Source of the DNA: an uncultured Candidatus Peribacteria bacterium
GTDB lineage: Bacteria; Patescibacteriota; Gracilibacteria; UM-FILTER-43-11
Direction of reading: 5' to 3'
Assembly (NCBI GenBank): GCA_964538225.1
Contig: CAZIDW010000001.1
Span: 1-44,949 of the forward strand
DNA length: 44,949 nt
In this document: positions 35,232 to 44,439 of the stretch, one piece after another
How positions within the stretch are numbered: position 1 is the first letter of the stretch
Layout: every line of letters starts with the position of its first letter
Made by a program: the position numbers and the translations under genes
Notes under the pieces: model-generated
Told to the model about the DNA's origin: nothing
Seen by the model: only the letters and a program-made list of their open reading frames with translations
Database searches by the model: none

Positions 35232-35700
35232 CTACATACTTTAGTGGATTATTATTGGCGTAGGTATAAGGATTGAGCTTTTGAGGATCATTAAGTATAT
35301 CCTTTAATTCTGTATTACTTTTTTTGCCTTCATCAAAAACAACAGGGTCAGGTGTTACAAATCTACCAAGAACAGGACTATAATATCTTGCTCCGTAGTA
35401 CATAAGACCTGTTTCTTCATCCAACTCCTTGCCTGTAAAGCCATAATTCTCATACAGTTCAGGATGCTTTGTATTCGCAATAACTTCTTCTCTGGTTTTT
35501 CCATAAGGCAAATAATCCCTTCTTTCTACTACATTGCCATCTTCATCCATAACTGCCTCTACACTTCCAAGGTGGTCATGTAAATAATAAAAAACTTCTT
35601 CCTCAGCTGCGTAGCTAAAGCCGGCATTACTTAATAGTGAAGATAGAAGCAATACCGAACTTATTGTGAGGGAGGTGACTTTCTTTAAAATGGAAATCAT
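35128..35700 (-). CDS. signal peptide plus RHS repeat-associated core domain (N-terminal part of mini-Rhs toxin)
   Basis: YYLHDHLGSVEAV...DYLPYG...FTGKELDEETGLMYYGARYYSPVLGRFVTPDP...NPYTYANNNPLKYVDDTG. Confidence 0.8.
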   Translation of the reverse strand: MISILKKVTSLTISSVLLLSSLLSNAGFSYAAEEEVFYYLHDHLGSVEAVMDEDGNVVERRDYLPYGKTREEVIANTKHPELYENYGFTGKELDEETGLMYYGARYYSPVLGRFVTPDPVVFDEGKKSNTELKDILNDPQKLNPYTYANNNPLKYVDDTGGNRDYCRSNCYGRLYRRFFRELPKCCRTRY

Positions 35701-35813
35701 TCTCAGAAAGTAAGTAGATAGTATTTATTTATAGTATATAAATGTTATAATGTCAATTTTATCTCTTTAAAATCAAAAATTTCCCACAACTAGTGTTTAT
35801 ACAAAGTGTTTAA

Positions 35814-36710
35814 TTAAAACCGTTTTTCCCATTCCTCCCGATATTCCTCTCGCCGGTCGCGGTTGTGGAATTTAAGCATATCATCCGTTACCACCACGCT
35901 GGCTTCGGGGCCGAGTTTTTGGGTTTTTTTGAGTGTCCGTTTTTTGAAAGTCTTTTTTAAAAATCCTTCAATCAGGTTGCCAAACCATCCTTTAAAAACC
36001 CATTCCCAAAAGCGTTTGGAACGGCTTTTACCGTGAAAAGAGAATTTTTTCTCATTGATATCCGGGAATTTTAATCCGTATTTTTCCGACAGCCATTTAT
36101 TGTCTTCCATAAATTGCTGATAAGTTTTTTTGCCGTAAACCGGCATCATCAATCGGGTCCAGTAGGCCATATACGGATCCTCTGTTTTTAAAAGGAGTGG
36201 TTCCATGTTCATTTTTTCCGGCGTCACAAAAAAACTTAGGCAGAACCGGCCGGCGATCTTACTGTCATGCCGTCGGACGCCGTGGAAATGCAGGATAAGA
36301 GTGATAAAAAACCGTGCCAGCCACATCCGGCCTTTTTCAATCACAATAAACAGGTCGATGTCTGACAGTTCGGTGGGGTTGTCGTACGACAGGTTGTTGC
36401 ACACGGCGACCATCCGCACAAAAGGCACTTTGGCCACGTACTGGCCGTACTGACGCGTGCGGTTCCAGAATTTTTCCGCGATGAACTTGCGGGCCTTCCG
36501 CACATCTACCAATTTTCCGCGATTTTTTAGTACGTAGTAGTCGTGGATTTTTTCCACTTCTTCCATTTCATCCAATATCCCTTTTATTTCTTTGATGTGA
36601 ACCGCTTTGTCGTATTTATACAGATATTCCCTGATCTCCTCCGCGGTGAGCGGGAAATCAAAAAGGTCGAAGAAAGCGATGGTTTGGAGGATTGATTTTC
36701 GTAAATGCAT
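35814..36710 (-). CDS. nucleotidyltransferase-fold protein, hypothetical
   Basis: LSDIDLFIV motif (NTase G-S/x-D-x-D-like), 298 aa. Confidence 0.5.
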   Translation of the reverse strand: MHLRKSILQTIAFFDLFDFPLTAEEIREYLYKYDKAVHIKEIKGILDEMEEVEKIHDYYVLKNRGKLVDVRKARKFIAEKFWNRTRQYGQYVAKVPFVRMVAVCNNLSYDNPTELSDIDLFIVIEKGRMWLARFFITLILHFHGVRRHDSKIAGRFCLSFFVTPEKMNMEPLLLKTEDPYMAYWTRLMMPVYGKKTYQQFMEDNKWLSEKYGLKFPDINEKKFSFHGKSRSKRFWEWVFKGWFGNLIEGFLKKTFKKRTLKKTQKLGPEASVVVTDDMLKFHNRDRREEYREEWEKRF

Positions 36711-36861
36711 GGATGATTATTTTACCACAGAAGGTGCGATAATAACCATTAATCCCGAAGGTCAGGATAATTATCCTGACCTTCCGTGGAATGGAGGTTT
36801 TTTGATTATAGGAATTGTATAGCACCTTCATCGGGTGGTTAAATCAATGTATAATCTAACC

Positions 36862-39171
36862 ATGAAAACATTTGCCAAAATTATCGCCAAACTGCCGAAC
36901 AGCCCAGGGGTCTATCAGTTTTTGGATGAAGATAAAAACCCCCTTTATATAGGTAAGGCAAAAAACCTCCGCAAACGGGTGCAGTCTTATTTCCGGAAAT
37001 CCGCCAAACACAGTCCCCGTATGGCCAAGATGCTGGAACAGGTTGATGACATCAAATGGATCGAGACCAACAGCGAGGTGGAAGCATTGGTTTTGGAAGA
37101 CAATCTGGTGAAAGAAAGTCAGCCTAAGTACAATGTTTTACTTCGGGATGATAAAAATTTCCAGTATATCAAAGTTACGGTGAACAAGGATTATCCGGAG
37201 ATCTATACCGTCCGGCGGATCGAGAAGGATGGGGCTAAATATTTCGGTCCCAAGACCTCCGGGAGCGATGTGAAACGGCTGGTGGATACCGTGAAACGGG
37301 TCTTCCGTTTGTGCAGTGTCCGGAATATCAGTGTTGATCCGGACGGCCAGCCGCTTAAAGGCGCGAAAGTGGCGGTCAAAATCGGTAACAGCCCTGCCAA
37401 ACGTCCCTGTCTGGATTACCACATCAAACGCTGTGTGGGGCCGTGTGCCGGCATGGTGACGCCGGAGGAATATCGCGTACTCATCGACCAGGCGGTCGAG
37501 TTTTTAGAAGGAAATTACAAGCCGGCGATCGAATCGCTTAAAAAACAGATGCGCGAATTCGCGAACGCGAAAAAATTCGAACGGGCCGCTAAACTCCGTG
37601 ACCAGATCATGGCCATCGAACGGAGCGCGGAAAAACAGCTGATCACCAGTACGGATATCGCTGACCGTGATGTGATCGCGTTTGTGCGCGATATGGGCAG
37701 GAGTTTTTTCAATCTTTTCCAGATCCGGAGCGGACGGCTCATCGGCCAGGAGAATTTTATCGCGGAGGCACCGGCAGTCTCCTCTAAATCACAGGACGCT
37801 CCGGAAGCGCCCGCGGAGATCATGGAATCGTTTTTTCGAGACTATTACGCCATGGCCGCGGATATCCCCAAAGAAGTGCTGGTCTCCGTTGATGTGGAAG
37901 AACCGAAACTGCTCCAGGATTATATCCGCCAATTTACCGATAAGTCCGTCCGTCTGATCTGGCCGCAGGCTGGTACAAAAAATGAACTGGTCCGGCTGGC
38001 TGAAAAGAACGCGCGGAGTTTCGCGGAACAGAACCGGGCCCGCTGGATGGCGGATAAAAAAGAGGAAAAGGCTTTGGAGGAACTTAAAGAAGCCCTAAAA
38101 CTGGAAGCGGAACCGAAGCGTATTGAATGTTACGACATCTCTCATTTGTCCGGCACGGAAACGGTCGGGTCGATGGTGGTCTTTAAAAAAGGCGAACCGG
38201 CCTCTGCGGATTACCGTCAGTTCCGCTTAAAGACCACTCAGGGCAGCCTGGATGACTACCAATCTATGGCTGAAGTCCTGCGGCGCCGGCTGAATTACCT
38301 GCCCGCGGTGCTGCCGGAGGATTATAAAATAGAAAAAGCGAAAAAGGCTGATGAGAAACTGATTAAAAAAATCTGGCCTTATTTGGAAGACTTTGATGTG
38401 AAGCAGTTTTATGTCGTCCGTTACAGGAAAAAACCGGTTGCCATGGGGCGCACCCACGAGATCTCCGACAAAGTCCACCAGCTGAGCGCCTTATGGGTCG
38501 CCCCCAGGCACTGCGGAAAAAATCTGAGTCATTTTATTTTAAAAAAACTGATTGACCGCTCAAAAATGAAACGCCTGTATTTGTTCTGCCGGCCGGAACT
38601 GGAGGAGTATTACCTGCGGATGGGTTTTGAAACCATCCATAAGGCGCCGCCGGAACTGCTTAAAAAAGCCAAACGGATTTCCAGGCGCGATCCAAAAAAG
38701 AAAAATTTGCTGTTTCTGGCTTTCCAGAAAAAGAAGAAGGATTTATCTTTTGAATCCCGTCCCGACCTGATTGTCATCGACGGCGGCAAAGGCCAGCTCC
38801 ACGCGGCGCATGATGTTTTATTTGAAAAAGGTTTCGATATCCCGATGATCGCGCTGGCCAAGCGGGCGGAAGAGGTCTTTATGCCGGGCCGGTCCGAGCC
38901 GCTGGAACTGCCGGCGGACAGCGAAGCGTCTTATCTGCTTCAGCGCATCCGCGATGAAGCGCATCGGTTCGCCATTGAATACAACCGCGGTTCGCGCGAT
39001 AAAAAAATGACTCGATCCGTGCTCGACAAGATCCCGGGTGTCGGCCCGAAGCTTAAAAAACGTCTGCTTACGTATTTCGGCTCCGTATCCAAAATCCGCG
39101 AGGCGCCGCAGGTGGTGCTGGAACAGATTGCGGGCGAAACAGTTGCCAAAAACATCAAAGAAAATCTATAA
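36862..39171 (+). CDS. uvrC: excinuclease ABC subunit C with GNAT-like insertion
   Basis: GIY-YIG (GVYQF...PLYIGKAKNLRKR), UVR (FERAAKLRDQI), ECYDISHLSG, VIDGGKGQL, HhH (IPGVGPKLKKRLL). About 770 aa versus about 600 typical. Confidence 0.93.
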   Translation: MKTFAKIIAKLPNSPGVYQFLDEDKNPLYIGKAKNLRKRVQSYFRKSAKHSPRMAKMLEQVDDIKWIETNSEVEALVLEDNLVKESQPKYNVLLRDDKNFQYIKVTVNKDYPEIYTVRRIEKDGAKYFGPKTSGSDVKRLVDTVKRVFRLCSVRNISVDPDGQPLKGAKVAVKIGNSPAKRPCLDYHIKRCVGPCAGMVTPEEYRVLIDQAVEFLEGNYKPAIESLKKQMREFANAKKFERAAKLRDQIMAIERSAEKQLITSTDIADRDVIAFVRDMGRSFFNLFQIRSGRLIGQENFIAEAPAVSSKSQDAPEAPAEIMESFFRDYYAMAADIPKEVLVSVDVEEPKLLQDYIRQFTDKSVRLIWPQAGTKNELVRLAEKNARSFAEQNRARWMADKKEEKALEELKEALKLEAEPKRIECYDISHLSGTETVGSMVVFKKGEPASADYRQFRLKTTQGSLDDYQSMAEVLRRRLNYLPAVLPEDYKIEKAKKADEKLIKKIWPYLEDFDVKQFYVVRYRKKPVAMGRTHEISDKVHQLSALWVAPRHCGKNLSHFILKKLIDRSKMKRLYLFCRPELEEYYLRMGFETIHKAPPELLKKAKRISRRDPKKKNLLFLAFQKKKKDLSFESRPDLIVIDGGKGQLHAAHDVLFEKGFDIPMIALAKRAEEVFMPGRSEPLELPADSEASYLLQRIRDEAHRFAIEYNRGSRDKKMTRSVLDKIPGVGPKLKKRLLTYFGSVSKIREAPQVVLEQIAGETVAKNIKENL

Positions 39172-39203
39172 TATCCTCCCGTTTTCAATAACCATTCAGA
39201 GCC

Positions 39204-40190
39204 ATGAAAAAGATATCTATTATTCTGACAGCCTTTGTTATGCTGACTGTGGGCGGCTGTGCCCCTGTTTCTACCGATTTACCGGAGGATACTGAAACCT
39301 CCACTGCGACCGGTCCGGTCCAGCCGGAGGAAGTTCCGCCTGAAGCGGAGGAGGGGCGTGTTGTGCCGGATGAACCCATTACCCCGGCCGAGCTCCTGGC
39401 GGATCCGGTTTATGATGAAGATGTGAAGATGAAAGGAACCGTCAGTATGCTGGGTGAACTGTTCTGTCCCTGTTTTCAGCTGGGCGAAGAGGGTGAATAT
39501 GTCGAGGTATGGTACGACCTGATGGCGGTGGACAGCGGGGCTCCCTGGCCGAAAGTGGACATCGGCGACCTTAAGAACAGCGACCAGGTCATTGCTGTGG
39601 GCCAGCTGCGCCGGAATACCGGATCGCTCCCCAGCAAGACTTTCTGGCTGAAATCCATTGAAAAGACCGGAAACGGCGCGGAACCGAAAATCATCAGAGA
39701 CCCACGGACGATGACGGAAGAGGAGTCAGCCATGATGATGGAAAAATTAAATACCGACCCGCTTTCTAAAGCGCTGAACGATACCATGATCCAGAACATG
39801 ATGGTCATGCGGTTTGATTATTACGGCGACTTGGCGAATGTGACCAATGGGAATACGATACGGGATCTGTCTTTCACCGGCTTGGACACGTCCGGAAAAG
39901 CCGAAGCGGTCTTTAAAGACGGCACGTATCATTTACGAGCTCTCCTCTATGAATTGCCCATCCCCCAGGATGATTCGTTTTACGCGGGCTGGCTAGTGAG
40001 GAAAGAGCCGGATTTCAGCGTACTCAGCACCGGCAAGGCCCGGCTGATCGACGGCCGTTATGTGAACACGTACCGCTCTGAACAGGATTTGACCGACTAT
40101 ACTTTTTATGTGCTCACGTTAGAACCGGATGATGGGGATCCGGCGCCGGCCGACCATGTCCTGGAAGGTTTGATGGAACAGGTGGATTAG
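39204..40190 (+). CDS. lipoprotein, hypothetical (C-terminus resembles the RskA-type extracytoplasmic domain)
   Basis: Lipobox TVGGC. C-terminal FYAGWLV...YVLTLEPDDGDPAPADHVLEG pattern. Confidence 0.55.
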   Translation: MKKISIILTAFVMLTVGGCAPVSTDLPEDTETSTATGPVQPEEVPPEAEEGRVVPDEPITPAELLADPVYDEDVKMKGTVSMLGELFCPCFQLGEEGEYVEVWYDLMAVDSGAPWPKVDIGDLKNSDQVIAVGQLRRNTGSLPSKTFWLKSIEKTGNGAEPKIIRDPRTMTEEESAMMMEKLNTDPLSKALNDTMIQNMMVMRFDYYGDLANVTNGNTIRDLSFTGLDTSGKAEAVFKDGTYHLRALLYELPIPQDDSFYAGWLVRKEPDFSVLSTGKARLIDGRYVNTYRSEQDLTDYTFYVLTLEPDDGDPAPADHVLEGLMEQVD

Positions 40191-40894
40191 CCTTCATCAT
40201 TGTTCTTCCGGTTTACCCAGGCTTCTTTCATGGCCAGGCATAAGGCGCGGGATGTTTCGGAATCTGACCACATTTTTTTATTGGCTTCCCGGCGGCGGCG
40301 GGCCAGTTTTTTTCTGCAGGCTTTGCCTTTGCCTTTTTCTTCTCCGTTGCGCATGTGCAGTCCGAAAACCGCCGCGAAATTGGCGATTGTCTTTTGGTCA
40401 AAACTCTCCAGTCTTTTTAAAAATTTTTCTTCCGGATCATCCCCCAGCGCTTTTTCCAGTATCGCCCGTTTTTCTTTTTGGCTGAGCGGTTTTTCCCCCT
40501 GAAGCGTCCTGACTACTTTTACGCGGTTCTGGATGATGGCGATGCGCATGAGCCGGCAGGCGATCTCATCAACCGCCTCTTTAATCAACCGCCTCTTTTT
40601 GCGTTCATCCAGCTTACTTACCACCGTTTTTAAAAGCGCTGTGATGTCCCGCTGGCTCAGCTGGTCGTTGTCGTGATGATGGTACAGGATGAAATATTTC
40701 AGGTCTGCCCCCTGGTCCGCGTATTCCTGCACCATAATATTCAGCACTTCAAAACGGATATGTTTTTGAAGCACTTTGAAACGGTTGTGGTCACAGCTGT
40801 CGTTTAAATCGTTTTTAAGCCCGTCTTCAGGACTCAGTGTTTCCGCGTAATGCGCCGCAACTTTATCAGGCATAAGGGGAGGGGTAAGGCACAT
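40187..40894 (-). CDS. hypothetical protein
   Basis: 235-aa ORF (alternative start at 40873). Basic C-terminus. No family recognised. Confidence 0.45.
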   Translation of the reverse strand: MCLTPPLMPDKVAAHYAETLSPEDGLKNDLNDSCDHNRFKVLQKHIRFEVLNIMVQEYADQGADLKYFILYHHHDNDQLSQRDITALLKTVVSKLDERKKRRLIKEAVDEIACRLMRIAIIQNRVKVVRTLQGEKPLSQKEKRAILEKALGDDPEEKFLKRLESFDQKTIANFAAVFGLHMRNGEEKGKGKACRKKLARRRREANKKMWSDSETSRALCLAMKEAWVNRKNNDEG

Positions 40895-40944
40895 TATTTT
40901 ACATAATTATTTGATATTGTCAAATGAGTTATAGTTCCTCTTTA

Positions 40945-41948
40945 TACTAAGCCCCAGTTTATCCGACACTTTTTGTTTTGGTTTAAACTGGGATTATGAA
41001 TAAAAAATATCTTAATGAGCGCCAGCTCATACAATATCGCAGACGAGTCTTAAAAGACTGCGAAAAATATAAAGTCGCCCATGTAGCCCGTATGTACGGC
41101 GTACACCGTTCAGCAATTTACGAATGGAGGAAGTCCGTTAAACCAAAGAAAACAGGTCCGAAAGAACGAGTGCCATGGCAGACATCAGAGAAACTTGAAA
41201 ATGAGATCATCCGTATCCGCAAAGCCACCAATTACGGCCCCAAAAGGATTAAACAGGAATTTAAGGCAATCGATGTGGAAGTCGGGGAAAAGGCAATCAG
41301 AGGCATTTTAAACAGATCAGGACTGGTTAAGAATCATAGGAAAAAGAGGATCAGGAAGAAACAGAAATTTTATGCTCCTTATCCAGGCTATCGTATTCAG
41401 ATAGATACGAAGGCTGTACCTGACGAAGGAATAAATTTAAGAAGTGCGGAAAGGCATCAGTTTACTGCCATTGATATAACAACCAAAATCAGATTCTGCT
41501 GTATATACAGCGAACTTTCCAACGCCAATTCAATTGATTTTCTGAATAAAGTTCTGAATTTCTACGAAGAAATAGAAATTGAAGTCGAATGTGTTCAGAC
41601 GGACAATCATATGACTTTCACTAATCTATATGTCGGAGGCAGAAACAAGAAAGATCATCAGATTTTACGCATTCACCCCTTTACCAAAAAGTGCCTGGAA
41701 AAAGGGGTGAGGCATATCTTAAGCAGGCCGGCTACACCAAAGCATAACTGTTTCGTGGAGCGCAGCCATCGGACTGATGAGGAAGAATTTTACCGTCTTC
41801 TCGATCTGCCATCCCTCAATCTTCAAAAACTGCAATTAGAACTTCAGAAATGGATGTTTAAATACAACTTTTTAAGACTTCATTCATCATGCAAAAATAT
41901 GCCACCGATAAAATACTACCAAACTGTCTGGACAACTGGGGCTTAGTA
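40945..41948 (+). mobile_element. IS481-like insertion sequence (about 1.0 kb) with 15-bp terminal inverted repeats
   Basis: IRL TACTAAGCCCCAGTT (40945-40959) is the reverse complement of IRR (41934-41948). Flanked by a 17-bp direct repeat AGTTATAGTTCCTCTTT (40927-40943 and 41950-41966). Confidence 0.85.
40996..41946 (+). CDS. DDE (rve/integrase-core) transposase, IS481-like
   Basis: N-terminal HTH (VAHVARMYGVHRSAIYEW), D in IQIDTK, D in VQTDNH, E in VERSHRT. The stop lies inside IRR. Confidence 0.88.
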   Translation: MNKKYLNERQLIQYRRRVLKDCEKYKVAHVARMYGVHRSAIYEWRKSVKPKKTGPKERVPWQTSEKLENEIIRIRKATNYGPKRIKQEFKAIDVEVGEKAIRGILNRSGLVKNHRKKRIRKKQKFYAPYPGYRIQIDTKAVPDEGINLRSAERHQFTAIDITTKIRFCCIYSELSNANSIDFLNKVLNFYEEIEIEVECVQTDNHMTFTNLYVGGRNKKDHQILRIHPFTKKCLEKGVRHILSRPATPKHNCFVERSHRTDEEEFYRLLDLPSLNLQKLQLELQKWMFKYNFLRLHSSCKNMPPIKYYQTVWTTGA

Positions 41949-42021
41949 CAGTTATAGTTCCTCTTTCCGGAGAATCCGTTAAAATGGGAGATGAATAAAT
42001 AATTAAGTAACAAAAATTATC

Positions 42022-44385
42022 ATGAAAATCCTTAAAATATTTGCCGGCATTTTTATGGCCGCTTTTTTAATCGTCCCGATGGCACGGGCGGAATACTGCC
42101 CTCCGGAAAGCATGCGCGGAGAGATCCCGGATGAGTATTTTGAGAACTGCGAACCGAACCCCGAAGACGTCGGTGAGCCATCCGCTGAAGATGCCGCCGC
42201 CCTGGAGGCGGCTAAAGCGGAAGTGCAGGCGGGCATCGATGAGGTCAAAAGCCATTTCCCGGATTTCGAGGAACTGGTGCAGTCCGCCAAAGAAAATGAC
42301 ATCCCGTTAGGCGATTTTGAAACCCAGCTCGAGCAGGCGAAATCCAAAATAGAAGAGGCCGAGACTCATATCGCCAATGATGATCCTGAATCGGCCGGGA
42401 ATCTGGTCACTGATGTGCAGGATATGGATCTGCCCGGCAAAGCGCAGGCTATCCAAAGCCAGCTGAACGCTTTACTGGACGATGTGGATGTGGACCAGGT
42501 GCTTGCCGACACAGAAAGGACCATCAAAACCCTTCATAAGTTAAGGCATATCGCCCAGATTAAGATGATCGAAACAGATGAATTCGATGAAATGATTGAT
42601 GTCATCCAGCCTCTGTATGACGATCTCGTTGCCGCCGTAAACGCGGAAGATAATGGTAAGATCGGCAGTACGCTTAAGAAGATCCGTGAACTTTCCCTGA
42701 AAGAAAAAATTGATTATTTTGTGGAACAGTCCAATGCTCTGGATTTCAAAGAAGCTTTTGCCCAAATCGAACGTTCCATCCAAATTGCCGAGAAGGCCAT
42801 CGCCAAAGCCAAAGAGATGGATAAAGATTACGCTGATGTGCAGACCATGGTCGAAAAGGCGGAAGACTGGCTGGAAGAAGCGAAAGCCAAGTTCAATCAG
42901 CATGCAGCGCCGGAGGAAATCGGGGCGATTCTGGATAAGATCGAGGCGCTGCCCTGGGATGAGAACCTGGACGCCCTGTTCCAGTCGCTTCATGAGGATT
43001 CGGTCAAGTCGGCTTTACAGGAAAGTTTCGGTGTGGCGGAAGACGGTATCGAGAAAATGGATGGTCTGATCGCTGATCTGAAAGCGGAAGATGTTGATAC
43101 GGAACCCGTTGAAAACCTGGCGCAGAAGATCAAAGACCTGCTGGCCCGGGCCAAAGCCCTGTTTGAGGAAGGAAAATACATGCAGGCCGGCCATGCCATG
43201 GATCAGCTCGCGTCGCTGGGAGATACGGTTGATAACTTTCTGGAGCGCTATCGGGCCAGGCTGAACGCGACTGAGCTGGAGGGGATGGATTTTGCCCCCC
43301 TGAAACAGCTGCCCCAGGATTTTATGGATGGGTTCAATGAATCCACGGCAGGGGGGGTTCAGGATATGTTTCAGGCGGTGAGCAAAGATAACAGACATTC
43401 CATGATGCAGTTTATCGTCGGCCAGGGGGAAGACGCGGCCAGGGAGCTGGCTTTGCTGCGGGATGACGCACCTGAAAGTGTGGATAAACTATTCGGGCTT
43501 ATCCTGAAAGCGCCGGAAAATTACCGCCGTGAACTAATCGAGCAGAAAAAACGGTTAGTCCGGCGCACCGGCGACCTTCAGGAACGGGTGGACGCGTTGA
43601 AAAATATGAAGAAGCTCGGCCTTCAGCAGGAAAAACAACTGCAGGAAGTCATCCAGAAGATCCGTGATTACAATTTTCCGGGGGAAAGCGGCGCGGTGAT
43701 TGCGGCGGAACTGGAAAACTTTATTGCGGAATCCATGGATGCCGGCATGACTCGCGCTCAGATCAACATCGGGGTCACCCAGCTGATGTCCAAATACGAA
43801 AAAGCCGTACAGGACGCGGTGCGGGAAAAGTTCGAACAGGGAATCATCCCTTTTAAAGACACAGACGATCAGGCCTGGTATACGGATTTTGTCCGCTATG
43901 TAAAAGACAATGAAGTGGTGTCCGGCTATAAAGATGCGAATGGTAATCCATTGGGCGAATTCCGTCCCGGTAATAATGTTACGATTGCTGAGATTCTGAA
44001 GATCAGCTTAGAGGGTGCAGGATTGGGTCAGGGAGCTGGTGATCCAGCTTTGAGTCAGGCACGCAATCATTGGGCGAAAGGATATGTAAAAAAAGGTGAA
44101 GAACTCGGCCTGACTCTTTTAAACGGACGCCCGGACATCAATCGTCCTGCTACGCGCGGGGAAGTCATCCGGCTGATCCTGGAAGCGTTTAACATCCAGC
44201 CGGCGTCCACGGCCGACCGTTTTCCGGATATCGCCGGCGATCCGAACCGTTTTTACATCCAGAAAGCCGCGGAACTGGGCATTGTTTCCGGCAATCCGGA
44301 CGGCACGTTCAAACCCGGCAATCCCATCAACCGCGCGGAAGCGTCTAAAATCATGAAGAACGCGATCGAGTTCCTTTTCCGATAA
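42022..44385 (+). CDS. secreted coiled-coil surface protein with three C-terminal SLH domains
   Basis: Signal peptide ending ARA-E. About 600-aa acidic helical region. Three SLH-like repeats (FKDTDDQAWY..., HWAKGYV..., FPDIAGDPNRFYIQKAAELGIVSG). Confidence 0.8.
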   Translation: MKILKIFAGIFMAAFLIVPMARAEYCPPESMRGEIPDEYFENCEPNPEDVGEPSAEDAAALEAAKAEVQAGIDEVKSHFPDFEELVQSAKENDIPLGDFETQLEQAKSKIEEAETHIANDDPESAGNLVTDVQDMDLPGKAQAIQSQLNALLDDVDVDQVLADTERTIKTLHKLRHIAQIKMIETDEFDEMIDVIQPLYDDLVAAVNAEDNGKIGSTLKKIRELSLKEKIDYFVEQSNALDFKEAFAQIERSIQIAEKAIAKAKEMDKDYADVQTMVEKAEDWLEEAKAKFNQHAAPEEIGAILDKIEALPWDENLDALFQSLHEDSVKSALQESFGVAEDGIEKMDGLIADLKAEDVDTEPVENLAQKIKDLLARAKALFEEGKYMQAGHAMDQLASLGDTVDNFLERYRARLNATELEGMDFAPLKQLPQDFMDGFNESTAGGVQDMFQAVSKDNRHSMMQFIVGQGEDAARELALLRDDAPESVDKLFGLILKAPENYRRELIEQKKRLVRRTGDLQERVDALKNMKKLGLQQEKQLQEVIQKIRDYNFPGESGAVIAAELENFIAESMDAGMTRAQINIGVTQLMSKYEKAVQDAVREKFEQGIIPFKDTDDQAWYTDFVRYVKDNEVVSGYKDANGNPLGEFRPGNNVTIAEILKISLEGAGLGQGAGDPALSQARNHWAKGYVKKGEELGLTLLNGRPDINRPATRGEVIRLILEAFNIQPASTADRFPDIAGDPNRFYIQKAAELGIVSGNPDGTFKPGNPINRAEASKIMKNAIEFLFR

Positions 44386-44402
44386 CTTAACACAAAGCAG
44401 AG

Positions 44403-44426
44403 GGCCTGGTCTTCCGGGCCTTTTCT
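44403..44426 (+). terminator. intrinsic terminator
   Basis: GGCCTGG-TCTT-CCGGGCC (one G-U) followed by TTTTCT. Confidence 0.7.
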
Positions 44427-44439
44427 GTAAAAAAGACTT

